Positions 9,824 to 20,012 of a stretch of DNA of 64,000 bases are shown piece by piece. Each line of letters opens with the position of its first letter. Position 1 is the first letter of the stretch. The stretch covers positions 1,760,001 through 1,824,000 of the forward strand of contig CBDCTK010000002.1 of assembly GCA_965222225.1 (NCBI GenBank), in the 5' to 3' direction. Under the pieces are notes generated by a model. That model had not been told where the DNA came from. It worked only from the letters and a program-made list of their open reading frames with translations, and ran no database searches. The position numbers and the translations under genes are program-made. The DNA is from Candidatus Poribacteria bacterium. GTDB taxonomy: Bacteria; Poribacteria; WGA-4E; JAJDTR01.

Positions 9824-11158
9824 ATGTCGAAAAAGTCAATTCTTGACCAAATGCCCATTGACCTAGGCGACAAGCTTGCGCTTCAATTTGCAACTCACAA
9901 AGATACCGACGAATTGGTTGATTTTAATGCGCGCCTTCATGAAGAATCAGCCGCCGGTTTAGCCGTACGCGATCTGATGTCCGGAAATCACCCGACGACT
10001 CAAGTAGGCGATTTTACCGTCGTTGAAGATACCAATGCACGAAAAATTGTTTCATCAATGTGCCTGATTTCGCAAACGTGGACCTACGGCGGAATCCCCT
10101 TCAAGCTAGGACGTCTGGAATTTGTCGTCACGGAACCTGACTACCGCAGACGGGGCTTGGTGCGAAAACAGTTTGACGTGATTCACGCCGTCAGTGCCCA
10201 AAGAGGTGAACTGATGCAAGGAATCACTGGCATCCCGTGGTACTACCGCCTGTTTGGCTACGAAATGGCGCTAGACTTGGAGGCGAATAGAATTCTGGAT
10301 GGCGTGCATATCCCTACTCGAAAAAAAGGGCAACCCGAAACCTGTCGCCTTCGCGCCCGAAGCACAGATGATATTGCTTTTATTCAGGAGTTGTACCAAT
10401 ATGCAGCCGATCGACAAGTCTTTGCATGCCCCCGTTCAGAGTCAATGTGGGCATATGAATTCAACGGGCGGTCAGAAGGAAGCGGAGCACAATTCGAGTG
10501 GACAATCATAGAAGATTTAGCAGGGACCCGTTTGGGCTATGTCGGATGTTTACCTAACTGGGTTTTCTTCGATAATTTTTGGGTGACACAGCTTGAACTT
10601 AAACCGGGCATTGGCTATCTGTACCTCATGCCGTCTCTGCTACGGGCGTTATGGGCAAAAGCCAAGAAGACGCCAGTCGTTAAAAACGGCAGGAACAAGA
10701 CAGCAAGAGGAATCATCTTCACCCTCGGACGAGACCACCAAGCATACACGGCTATGCCGAAAAGTGTCCTACGCAATGAGGACCCGTACGCTTGGTATAT
10801 CCGAATCCCTGATGTAATTGCATTTTTGCGACATGTCCAATCCGCCCTTGAAAAACACCTCGTCGGCACCGTGGCTGAAGCCTATACCGGAGAATTGAAA
10901 CTCAATTTCTATCGAAGCGGATTGCGCATGAAATTCGAGGTTGGGCGTATTTCGGACATTTCCGGATGGTGCGCCGACTCGGTCGAAGATGGCGACGCTC
11001 AGTTTACAAGCAACACCTTTTGGCAGTTAGTTTGTGGTCGCTGTCGGACCAACGAGTTGACTTTACGGTTCGCCGACTGCTCGGCAACCGATAGTGCAGC
11101 AGTTCTACTCGACTGCCTATTTCCACCGTTCACCGGTGAAGTCTGGGCACTCGAATAA
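9824..11158 (+). CDS. GNAT family acetyltransferase (Eis-like, C-terminal SCP2-like region)
   Basis: VVTEPDYRRRGLVRKQ acetyl-CoA motif; GIPWYYRLFGYE. Confidence 0.85.
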   Translation: MSKKSILDQMPIDLGDKLALQFATHKDTDELVDFNARLHEESAAGLAVRDLMSGNHPTTQVGDFTVVEDTNARKIVSSMCLISQTWTYGGIPFKLGRLEFVVTEPDYRRRGLVRKQFDVIHAVSAQRGELMQGITGIPWYYRLFGYEMALDLEANRILDGVHIPTRKKGQPETCRLRARSTDDIAFIQELYQYAADRQVFACPRSESMWAYEFNGRSEGSGAQFEWTIIEDLAGTRLGYVGCLPNWVFFDNFWVTQLELKPGIGYLYLMPSLLRALWAKAKKTPVVKNGRNKTARGIIFTLGRDHQAYTAMPKSVLRNEDPYAWYIRIPDVIAFLRHVQSALEKHLVGTVAEAYTGELKLNFYRSGLRMKFEVGRISDISGWCADSVEDGDAQFTSNTFWQLVCGRCRTNELTLRFADCSATDSAAVLLDCLFPPFTGEVWALE

Positions 11159-11214
11159 GTTACCGCGCTGTCATTTCTCAGGACTTCTTCAAATAAACTA
11201 CGTGGTAACAATTC

Positions 11215-11280
11215 TATGACTTACACAGCAACGGGAGGTCGCGATTCGGAGATCACGCCTACCGGTAGGCGTGATGCGGG
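11215..11280. repeat. REP/MITE remnant (gacttacacagcaac family) with a perfect 24-bp palindrome
   Basis: gacttacacagcaacgggaggtcg matches 30092ff; atcacgcctaccggtaggcgtgat at 11252-11275. Confidence 0.65.
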
Positions 11281-11438
11281 GGAAGGGGTGATTCCGAGAT
11301 TGTTCGTACCGTTCAAGAGAAGACCAAGAATCTATCTATAGGGTGACATTCTCGACGCAATATGAGATGCATGCTGCATATCTCGGCAAAAATCAAAGCA
11401 TCCAGATATAACGGCCTCGCGATTACGAAAACGAGTTC

Positions 11439-11467
11439 TTGACTTTCAGGGGGTAATCTGATACAAT
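11439..11467 (+). promoter_or_regulatory. Putative sigma70 promoter of the kinase-PorX operon
   Basis: TTGACT-17 nt-TACAAT with TG extension. Confidence 0.6.
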
Positions 11468-11506
11468 ATCGTTAGAATTTCCCAGATCCGGGTGTGAGGA
11501 AAGCCC

Positions 11507-13093
11507 ATGTTTTTCCGGCGCAACAAGATTAACCCAGCCAGTTATACCGCTTCCAACTTTCTGCTCACCTACTTCATAGTTGGACTCCTCATTCTGACGC
11601 TTGCTTTTATTTACTACACCAAACAGATTTTCCAATTAAACCGCGATCTCAATGCGCAAGTCTCTCCACTGGCAGATTTGGCGTCTGAACTTCCGGGTAT
11701 TAATGATATGAGGTTAGCCGGCAAATTGAAGACAATCGTTAGAGACTTCCTATCAGCGAGTCGTCTCTCTTTCATTCTTACCGATGCCGAGACCGAGGAG
11801 GTAGTGATTGCACTTGGGATTGACGAATCAATTGACCGTAAAATTGGCACCGATGGTGCGTCAGCACTGTCCTCTTCCGAAAAACTGAAGGTGAGAACCG
11901 TCCTTGAGCGGATGAAGAAAAACACCGCTGAACCAAAAGAGATAATGTATAGCCTTGAAGACCGGACGCTATACGCATATCTCTACTATGGCGAGGGTGA
12001 TGGGGTGGCGGTAACCCACATCCCGTTTGTGCTTACAGATGTGAATGATAAACCGCAAAAATGGCAGATATGGGGAGAATGGATGACGGCTGAAAATGCC
12101 CCGCAGAAGCAATACGCGAATGCAGAGAGGCTCGTCCAATACTCAAAAGCACGCAACTTCTATGTGCCGCTCCAGACGCATCCAGATCTGCGAAAAGGGT
12201 ATTTTTATTACGGAAAGACGCCCTATTACGGTCTTATTATAATGCCGGTAGTTCTGGCACTCGTTTTTCTCACGTTCTTGGCTGTGGGACTTCTCAGTTA
12301 TCAACGAATTCAATCCTTTGAACGGGCAGCAATCTGGGGCGGACTCGCGAAAGAGACTGCCCATCAGCTTGGAACACCAATCTCCTCTTTAATGGCATGG
12401 ATTGAATTACTCAGGGAACGGGGTCGAGAAACTGCGGACGGGAGAATGAATGAAGTCTATTTAGACATACAAAACGATCTCGTCCGACTAAGAAAAATTG
12501 CAGACAGACTCGGAACTATCGGTACTTATCCATCAAAATCGAAGGTTGATATCAACTCAATCATTGATGTTGTCGTTACATATTTTAGAAAGCGCTTACC
12601 TCATCGAACCAAACAGATTGAATTACGCGTAACGACGCAGGAACTCCCTTATATTCGAGCGAATGCGGATCTGTTGCAGTGGGTATTTGAAAACCTGATT
12701 CGGAATTCGCTGGATGCCATGGAGCAGGACATCGGGCTGATTGAAATTGCGCCGAAGTTTGATGAGGAGAAGCAGCAGATTGTCATCCATTACAGAGACA
12801 ATGGGAGCGGAATTGAACGGAAAAATCGCCGCAAAATCTTTCAACCCGGAATGACGACAAAGAAACACGGCTGGGGGCTTGGCTTGACGCTTGCCCAACG
12901 AATCATCAAAGAGTATCATCATGGACAGATTCGGTTGATCGAGAGCAATTCGGATGGTACGGTCTTCGAGTTGGTATTGCCTGTCGAATCCAGTGGGGCG
13001 CAGCGAGCCAGCGATGAACATGAGGCGAACCGCCTGGGACAGTTCACGAGATGGAAATTGAAAAGCATGAAGATGAATGAGGAGGATGTTTGA
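11507..13093 (+). CDS. Membrane sensor histidine kinase
   Basis: Two TMs; H-box AKETAHQLGTPISSL; WVFENLIRNSLDA, DNGSG, GWGLGL HATPase boxes. Confidence 0.95.
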   Translation: MFFRRNKINPASYTASNFLLTYFIVGLLILTLAFIYYTKQIFQLNRDLNAQVSPLADLASELPGINDMRLAGKLKTIVRDFLSASRLSFILTDAETEEVVIALGIDESIDRKIGTDGASALSSSEKLKVRTVLERMKKNTAEPKEIMYSLEDRTLYAYLYYGEGDGVAVTHIPFVLTDVNDKPQKWQIWGEWMTAENAPQKQYANAERLVQYSKARNFYVPLQTHPDLRKGYFYYGKTPYYGLIIMPVVLALVFLTFLAVGLLSYQRIQSFERAAIWGGLAKETAHQLGTPISSLMAWIELLRERGRETADGRMNEVYLDIQNDLVRLRKIADRLGTIGTYPSKSKVDINSIIDVVVTYFRKRLPHRTKQIELRVTTQELPYIRANADLLQWVFENLIRNSLDAMEQDIGLIEIAPKFDEEKQQIVIHYRDNGSGIERKNRRKIFQPGMTTKKHGWGLGLTLAQRIIKEYHHGQIRLIESNSDGTVFELVLPVESSGAQRASDEHEANRLGQFTRWKLKSMKMNEEDV

Positions 13094-14652
13094 TGGCACA
13101 TGCCGCGCGCAAAATCCTCTGGATCGATGATGAAATTGAGGCATTGAGACCTCATATTCTCTATCTAAATGAAAAATCGTATGATGTCACTCCCGTTTCC
13201 AATGGCGATGACGCAATTTCCATGATTAAGACTTTTCGGTATGATGTTATTCTGCTAGATCAGATGATGCCGGGACAAGATGGAATGTCCGTCCTTGCTC
13301 GGGTTCGCGAGCTTGACTCAACGATACCACTTATTATGGTGACGCAATGCAGGGAGGACGAGCTAATCAATGAAGCGCTAGGAAAACGGATTAGCGACTT
13401 TCTTGTCAAACCCATTGGGGGAGCCCAAATTGCTTCTACACTCAAGCGTGTCTTAGATCAGACCAAGATTATCGAAGAACAGGTCCCACATAAATATACG
13501 GAAGACTTCAATCAGATTCGTCTTATCAAAGATTCAGCCCCCGATTGGCGCAATTGGGCAGAAATCTATTTGAAATTGGTCGAATGGGATCTCGAATTCG
13601 ATTTACTAGGCGAAACCGGTCTTGAAGAAACACACCTAGAACAGAAAAAAGAGTGTAATGCCCTATTTTCCGATTATGTTGCGGAGAATTACACACGCTG
13701 GATAAGGGGAGAAGATGCCCCGGTTCTGTCAGTTGATGTTCTCGATCGGTTTGTTATTCCCCACCTTCGCAAGAATAAACAGGTGTACTTTATTGTTGTT
13801 GACTGTTTGCGGCTCGATCATTGGCTAGCGATTGAACCTTTGCTACAGCCGTATTACTATACCGATCAAAGTTGTTATTACTCAATTTTGCCTAGCGCGA
13901 CACTTTATTCGCGCAATGCCCTTTTCAGTGGGCTCTTTCCACTAGAGCTCTCTGAAAAGTTTCCTCAATACTGGCTGGAAAACTCGGAGGCCCAAACAAG
14001 TACCAATCGGTTTGAGAAACAACTTCTGCAATCGAAACTGCGGAATGCAGGGTTGCGACTCAAGCCCGGGTTGCGGTATTTTAAGATTTTTGACGCCAAA
14101 GGAGGCAACGAATACATCCGACAGGTTTCATCTTTTGAGCGAATTAGTCTATCCGCGCTGATTGTTAATTTCATTGATATCTTGACTCATCAGCGCTCTC
14201 AGTTAGATGTACTTCAACAGATTGCTCCAGATGAATCCGCTTTTCGTTCTTTGGCGAAATCGTGGTTTGCACACTCAGCTCTATTCGAGATTTTGAAGAT
14301 TATTTCCCCTCGAGATGCTGTTGTTGTGCTAACCACGGACCACGGTTCCGTACTCGGCAATCGGCCGACAAAAGCGTTTGGTAATCGACAGACTTCGACA
14401 AGCCTTCGCTTCAAAGTCGGCACGGACTTGGCATGTGACGAAGGTCAAGCCGTCTATATCAAGCAGCCGAATTCGTATAAATTGCCTGCAGAAAGTTCAA
14501 ATAAGAACTATATCATTGCAAAAGATGATTACTATTTTGTTTATCCAAATCAGTTCCACGAATACACCCGACAGTTTCGAGGAGGATTTCAGCATGGAGG
14601 TATCTCAATGGGAGAGTTGATTGTGCCGGTTGTTACAATGACATCGCGTTGA
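13090..14652 (+). CDS. PorX-like response regulator (REC plus PglZ/alkaline-phosphatase domain)
   Basis: ILWIDDE...LLDQMMP REC; VDCLRLDHW, LPSATLYSRNA, DILTH, TTDHG, FQHGG. Confidence 0.92.
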   Translation: MMAHAARKILWIDDEIEALRPHILYLNEKSYDVTPVSNGDDAISMIKTFRYDVILLDQMMPGQDGMSVLARVRELDSTIPLIMVTQCREDELINEALGKRISDFLVKPIGGAQIASTLKRVLDQTKIIEEQVPHKYTEDFNQIRLIKDSAPDWRNWAEIYLKLVEWDLEFDLLGETGLEETHLEQKKECNALFSDYVAENYTRWIRGEDAPVLSVDVLDRFVIPHLRKNKQVYFIVVDCLRLDHWLAIEPLLQPYYYTDQSCYYSILPSATLYSRNALFSGLFPLELSEKFPQYWLENSEAQTSTNRFEKQLLQSKLRNAGLRLKPGLRYFKIFDAKGGNEYIRQVSSFERISLSALIVNFIDILTHQRSQLDVLQQIAPDESAFRSLAKSWFAHSALFEILKIISPRDAVVVLTTDHGSVLGNRPTKAFGNRQTSTSLRFKVGTDLACDEGQAVYIKQPNSYKLPAESSNKNYIIAKDDYYFVYPNQFHEYTRQFRGGFQHGGISMGELIVPVVTMTSR

Positions 14653-15199
14653 GCGGAAAATCACTGGACCAGTCTCCGGTGAAATCGTACATTCAAACCG
14701 TTCATATTGGGAGATTGTACGGTCAGAATACTCTCCAGAAGATTCATACCAACTGAATCCTCAAGTGGAACGTAATACATGCTACGACTCAGGCATCGTG
14801 GTTTTCGTCCTTGAACGACTCACTGTATCAAGCATTTTGAGTGGCAGTACACGTCACCATCACTACAACGGATGGAACATTTGGCTTCGTCTATGAGTTC
14901 AAGACAGATGTTGTCTTGATGAGCACTAGGCAAGATTCTAGACGGATTCAAAACGGATTCAAAAAATGCTTGTAAATCATCTGTGTTGATTAGACAGAGT
15001 TGGAAATGGGAATCGACGGTTTTCGCGCACTGCTGTACCGAAACCGAACTTTTTCACGTCAAAGAGCCATTTTACGATTGAAGGACATTTGTTGAGACGC
15101 ATTCAATCGAGTGGTTGTATTCGTTGCCTCCATAGACACGCCTGTTGCGGATTGTGTAGCAACGGGTTCTCTGCCCGTACTAGCATTTAGGAGGCGACT

Positions 15200-16753
15200 A
15201 TGCCAAAGGAAATTCTCATCTCTGATGATGAGTATGAGACAAGATGTGCTATCATTGAAGATGGCGATTTAAGCGAAATCTATGTTGAACGTAAAGATGA
15301 TGAAGACACTTTAGGAAATATTTATAAGGGGCGTGTCGAGAATGTACTTCCCGGCATGCAGAGCGCTTTCGTCGAAATTGGACTGGAGAAACATGCCTTC
15401 CTCCACATTTCGGACATTAACTACGATTTCGACGATATAGAAGAGGAGACGGATAAGGACCTAACAAAACTTGATTTAGGCTCGGAAAAGCCTACCTCTC
15501 GAAAAGGCTCAAAAGGATTTCCGTATTCGATTAGCGAGTTGGTTCACAAGAACCAAGAAATACTGGTGCAGGTCGTCAAGGAATCGTTGGGCACCAAAGG
15601 ACCGCGCGTAACAAGTTGCATTTCGTTGCCCGGACGTTACGTTGTGTATCTCCCCACTTCATCGAATATCGGCGTGTCGCGCCGAATAGAATCCGCGAAG
15701 GAGCGGCAACGGCTTCGAGACATTTCCCAAAAACTGCGATCGGGGGTTGAAGGCGGCTTTATTGTCCGCACCGCGGCTGAGGGAAAGAGTGAGGAAGCGT
15801 TCTCCACCGAAATTAAATACCTCGTAGACTTGTGGAAGGAAATCCGCGAACGTGGCGAGAAAATGCCGGTTCGAAGTCTCGTGCGGGAAGACCTTGGCTT
15901 CATCGGGCGGATTATTCGGGATTACTTCACAAACGATGTAACCAAGCTAGTATTCGACTCGAAGGAACGATATAAGGAAACATTCGAATACTTGTCATCG
16001 GGGCTGCCAGAACTCAGTTCGCGCGTTAAACTGCATGAAAAATCATCTCTCCTCTTTGAAGCCTATGGAATTGAAAAGGAACTCAAGAAAGCATTAAGCG
16101 AGAAGATATGGCTAAAATGCGGCGGACATATCGTCATTCAGCAGACTGAAGCGATGGTGTCTATTGATGTTAATACCGGACGTTTCGTCGGAAAGGCGGA
16201 TCCGGATAATACCATTCTTAGCGCCAATCTTGAGGCAGTCGAAGAAATCGTTCGGCAAATGCGCCTTAGAGATCTTGGCGGAATCATTGTCGTCGATTTT
16301 ATCGACATGGATAAGCACGAGCACCGAAAAATGCTTTTCAAGGCACTGCAGGAGGCACTGAAGAAGGATCGCTCCCGAACCAACATTCTGCACGTGTCGG
16401 AAATTGGCCTCGTGGAGATGACGAGACAACGTACACGTCCGAGTCTCTCGTCGCTCCTCACCGAATCCTGCCCCTATTGCGACGGGCACGGCAGGATTTT
16501 ATCCGTTGATACAATTACCATCTCGGTGCTGCGGTCAATAAAAAAAGCACACCTGAAGTCGCGGAAAAAGAGGCTTCGAGTCATCGCGAATGAACTTATC
16601 GTCACCCGCCTTCTTGATGAGGATTCCAACAAACTTAGCCAATTGGAAAAATCAATGAATCTCAAAATCACGATTGATGAGGATGCGGACCTGCATCTTG
16701 AGGATTATCAGATCTTAGCTGAAGACACCAATCGCGAAATCTATTTGGATTAG
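15200..16753 (+). CDS. rng: Rne/Rng family ribonuclease (RNase G-length)
   Basis: GNIYKGRVENVLPGMQSAFV S1 domain, IDVNTG, RLRDLGGIIVVDFIDM, CPYCDG. Confidence 0.93.
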   Translation: MPKEILISDDEYETRCAIIEDGDLSEIYVERKDDEDTLGNIYKGRVENVLPGMQSAFVEIGLEKHAFLHISDINYDFDDIEEETDKDLTKLDLGSEKPTSRKGSKGFPYSISELVHKNQEILVQVVKESLGTKGPRVTSCISLPGRYVVYLPTSSNIGVSRRIESAKERQRLRDISQKLRSGVEGGFIVRTAAEGKSEEAFSTEIKYLVDLWKEIRERGEKMPVRSLVREDLGFIGRIIRDYFTNDVTKLVFDSKERYKETFEYLSSGLPELSSRVKLHEKSSLLFEAYGIEKELKKALSEKIWLKCGGHIVIQQTEAMVSIDVNTGRFVGKADPDNTILSANLEAVEEIVRQMRLRDLGGIIVVDFIDMDKHEHRKMLFKALQEALKKDRSRTNILHVSEIGLVEMTRQRTRPSLSSLLTESCPYCDGHGRILSVDTITISVLRSIKKAHLKSRKKRLRVIANELIVTRLLDEDSNKLSQLEKSMNLKITIDEDADLHLEDYQILAEDTNREIYLD

Positions 16754-16893
16754 CAAGTCGACAGGCACCTATCACACTGCACAGTTGTAAGGTGGGTATT
16801 CCCCATCGTTGCGAATTCTGTTGGTACGCATTGGTCTGCCAACTATACGTCCAGAATTATATTCGTCGGCCCTGATTCGCTCTCAAAATAAAG

Positions 16894-16922
16894 TTGATTC
16901 AACTCGTCAGCTATGATATAAT
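16894..16922 (+). promoter_or_regulatory. sigma70 promoter of rplU-rpmA
   Basis: TTGATT-17 nt-TATAAT with TG extension. Confidence 0.7.
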
Positions 16923-17017
16923 TCGTGTTTCGGTGGGCACCCCAGAAGCAATCATCCGTTCATTGTCCATCATACGTGAACAAGGCAATCAAACTGACTA
17001 TCACATAGGAGAAAAAG

Positions 17018-17371
17018 ATGTACGCTGTATTTGCTGCAGGCGGAAAGCAACACCGCGTTGAAGTTGGTTCATTGATCGATGTTGAAAAAATCGAAGCGCC
17101 TGTGGGAGAAGAAGTTACCTTTCCGGAAGTCCTGGCAATCGGAGGCGACGATGGCGAGATCCAAGTAGGGCAACCTCATATTGCGAACGGCACGGTCGTT
17201 GGCGAAATCGTCGAACAGGGCAAAGAGAAGAAGATTATAGTTTTCAAATCCAAACGACGCAAGGGCTCTAAGCGCAAACTCGGACATCGCCAGAGATTTA
17301 CGCGGCTGAAAATAACCGTCATCCAAGGCGCAGGCAGCCCATCAGAAACGGAGGAAGAAGATGGCTCATAA
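17018..17371 (+). CDS. rplU: 50S ribosomal protein L21
   Basis: [14 protein letters not shown]...KRRKG..RK.GHRQ. Confidence 0.97.
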   Translation: MYAVFAAGGKQHRVEVGSLIDVEKIEAPVGEEVTFPEVLAIGGDDGEIQVGQPHIANGTVVGEIVEQGKEKKIIVFKSKRRKGSKRKLGHRQRFTRLKITVIQGAGSPSETEEEDGS

Positions 17372-17627
17372 AAAGGGCGGCGGCAGTACCGGCAATGGAC
17401 GTGACAGTATCGGAAAACGGCTCGGTGTCAAACGTTTCTCCGGACACTACGTGACGGCGGGCAGTATCCTCGTTCGACAGCGCGGCACCCACATCCACGC
17501 CGGAAAAAACGTCGGTGTCGGCAGCGATTACACGCTCTTTTCAACCATCGACGGTTATGTGTGGTTTGAGCGGAAAGACAAAATGCGCAGGAAAGTGAGC
17601 GTTTACGCAGAGCGTCCAAATTTCTAA
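17361..17627 (+). CDS. rpmA: 50S ribosomal protein L27
   Basis: [22 protein letters not shown]. Confidence 0.98.
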   Translation: MAHKKGGGSTGNGRDSIGKRLGVKRFSGHYVTAGSILVRQRGTHIHAGKNVGVGSDYTLFSTIDGYVWFERKDKMRRKVSVYAERPNF

Positions 17628-17657
17628 CCTGAGATTCAGCCCGAATTTCGATCAGTC

Positions 17658-17687
17658 AAAGCCTCGTCCTTGTACGGGGCTTTTTTT
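17658..17687 (+). terminator. Rho-independent terminator after rpmA
   Basis: aaagcctcgt-cctt(gt)-acggggc followed by T7. Confidence 0.8.
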
Positions 17688-17857
17688 GTACTTCTGTCAC
17701 GGTCAGGTAGATGGCGCACGGGAATGACTGTTTTCTACTCGGCTTGGATTGGCAAATCCAAGCCTTGACCCATGAGTTGTCAATCGGCGACGGAAGTCAG
17801 GTGCACAAACCTCTCGTCGACTCATGCACTTATTAACTTCCCAGTTAAATCTCAAAA

Positions 17858-18358
17858 ATGGATACATCAACAATTGCAATTATTGTTAGTTCCATATCGG
17901 CATGTATAACTTTTTTAACACTGGGATGGAATATCTACCGTGACATTGCTTTGAATCCAAGGGTATCTGTGAGGTTTAATGTGGTTTTCTTACCGGACTA
18001 TACCGGAGGGCTCAAGTACCTTTCAATTTCAGGATTGAATCGTGGCTTGGTTCCTACGAAAGTAAATGGAATTAACGTCAAAGAACAATCACTGTCGAGA
18101 TGGATATTGAAAAAAACGAAATATGCTGCCGTTAATCCTGACTTTGAAAACCCTCTCAGTCATAAAATTCCACAGAAGCTTGAGGGTGGCGACGAAGTGC
18201 AACTTTATTTGCCCTGTGATGAAAACTGCTTTCTCAAAGAGTCGTGGAGTCATGTTGGTCTTCAAACCTCTTTCGGTAAGACCTATTGGGCAAAGCCGCG
18301 TGACGTAAATAGAGCTCGAAAATACTGGCTCGAAGATTTCGGTCATAGTGAAGCTTAA
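17858..18358 (+). CDS. Hypothetical protein with an N-terminal TM anchor
   Basis: 166-aa ORF, AT-richer than the backbone, hydrophobic N-terminus. Confidence 0.65.
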   Translation: MDTSTIAIIVSSISACITFLTLGWNIYRDIALNPRVSVRFNVVFLPDYTGGLKYLSISGLNRGLVPTKVNGINVKEQSLSRWILKKTKYAAVNPDFENPLSHKIPQKLEGGDEVQLYLPCDENCFLKESWSHVGLQTSFGKTYWAKPRDVNRARKYWLEDFGHSEA

Positions 18359-18471
18359 CATGAACACACCTGCTCCTAGCGAGGCAATTCATTGCGCGTT
18401 CTGGTGGAATTTCCATACTGAGGAGGTTTTGAGGATTCCACTGCTCAAGTCCAAATAGAAAGGACAACCTC

Positions 18472-19506
18472 ATGAAACATAAGAAAGAATCATCCCTGAG
18501 TTTCGGATTTTTCGTACTTTTTCTGTGCGGTGCAATGGCTTTGGCAAATGCCCAGACTCCACAGCAGATTGCCCAAAAAGTCTTCGCCTCTACAGTGCTC
18601 TTGGTTATGGAAGATACCAATGGTCAGCCACTCGGATTGGGGAGTGGATTCTTTGTGAAACCTAATCAAGTTGCGACCAACTTGCATGTCGTAGAAGGCG
18701 CCGCAAGGGGTTACGCAAAATTGGTTGGTCAGAAAACGAAACGCGACATTGAGGGCATTACCGCGATTGACGCGAAACGTGATTTAGTCATACTTAAAGT
18801 ATCTGCGTTGAGCGCGCCAGCAGTTTCTCTCGGCGATAGCGATACAGTTCTTGTGGGCGAGACTGTTTACGCCGTGGGCAACCCGCACGGTTTGGAAGGC
18901 ACGTTTTCACAAGGCATTATTAGTAGCGTCCGAACGGTTGGAGCGGACAAGGTACTCCAAATCACCGCACCGATTTCTCCGGGGAGCAGTGGAGGTCCCG
19001 TTCTAAACGGGCAAGGCAAAGCCATCGGCGTTTCCGTGGCAACCTACCACGGCGGACAGAATCTCAATTTTGCAATCCCTTCAAACTATCTCGTCGCGCT
19101 GGCCGTACAAGTAGGCAATCCAAAGCCGTTTTCAAGAGCGAAGCCAATCAAATCTCAACGTTCCATGCTCGCCGGACTCGGTGGCAAAAGCGTGCAAGGG
19201 GTAATGGGTGACAGGCTGACTTGGACATATGACGTCATACAATCCGGTAAGTATAGCTTTTCTCTGAGAAACCGACTGCGCGAAAGTGTGAGGAACGTTT
19301 ATTGTTTTGTAATTTTCTATGACGCGCAAGGTGACCCGATTGATGTAGATGTTGTGCAACTTCGTGGACCGATACCTGCGGGTTTGGCAAAGCGGGTGGA
19401 CAGTGAGGTCCACAGCAGCGTCCAAGAACTAACCACACGGCTCGGCTCCAAGGTTCCTCACACAAAAGTGGAAATCAGAGTCCTTGATTTCGAGATAGTA
19501 GAGTGA
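18472..19506 (+). CDS. Secreted trypsin-like (S1C) serine protease with C-terminal FxLYD-like domain
   Basis: Signal peptide; GSGFFV, ATNLHV, DLVILKV, ISPGSSGGP catalytic triad. Confidence 0.88.
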   Translation: MKHKKESSLSFGFFVLFLCGAMALANAQTPQQIAQKVFASTVLLVMEDTNGQPLGLGSGFFVKPNQVATNLHVVEGAARGYAKLVGQKTKRDIEGITAIDAKRDLVILKVSALSAPAVSLGDSDTVLVGETVYAVGNPHGLEGTFSQGIISSVRTVGADKVLQITAPISPGSSGGPVLNGQGKAIGVSVATYHGGQNLNFAIPSNYLVALAVQVGNPKPFSRAKPIKSQRSMLAGLGGKSVQGVMGDRLTWTYDVIQSGKYSFSLRNRLRESVRNVYCFVIFYDAQGDPIDVDVVQLRGPIPAGLAKRVDSEVHSSVQELTTRLGSKVPHTKVEIRVLDFEIVE

Positions 19507-19544
19507 TGCCGATGCCACTAAAGTGTCGGAAGAGGATGGAAGTC

Positions 19545-19940
19545 ATGAGCGTAGTCACAGAGGATATTCAGGAACACTGGCGTATTGTGAAGACGCTTTT
19601 TTCAATTCATAATCAAAGCGAATACAATCTGGCAATCGAGTGGTTGAACGCACTCATGGATGAAATTGGCACCACTGAGCGACATCCTCTGTATGAATTA
19701 CTTGATACGCTGGGTGCGGTCATATATGCTTTTGAAGAAAAGCACTATCCAATGCCGGAATGCAGCAGTGTTGAGAAGGTCACTTTTTTCGGGAAAACAT
19801 CAGCTTGAACTGACAATCTCTCGAAGTAAGCGTACCAGAAACTGTTGTGAAGATTTTCGGTGAGAAGCGAGAGTCTACCGCCAAGCACCCTCACGTCCAA
19901 GTGATAAGGTTGCATGTTTCACTAGCGGTCCTTGTATGAT
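19545..19940 (+). pseudogene. HigA-like HTH antitoxin, frameshifted/degenerate
   Basis: SIHNQSEYNLA..LNALMDEIG...LLDTLG..IYAFEEKHYPMP; C-terminal HTH broken near 19790; end approximate. Confidence 0.65.
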
Positions 19941-20012
19941 TCCAGTGTCTGTCGGTACAGGTAATAACGCTCTTGCACCACCGATGTAACCAAATTATTG
20001 GACTGAAAAACA

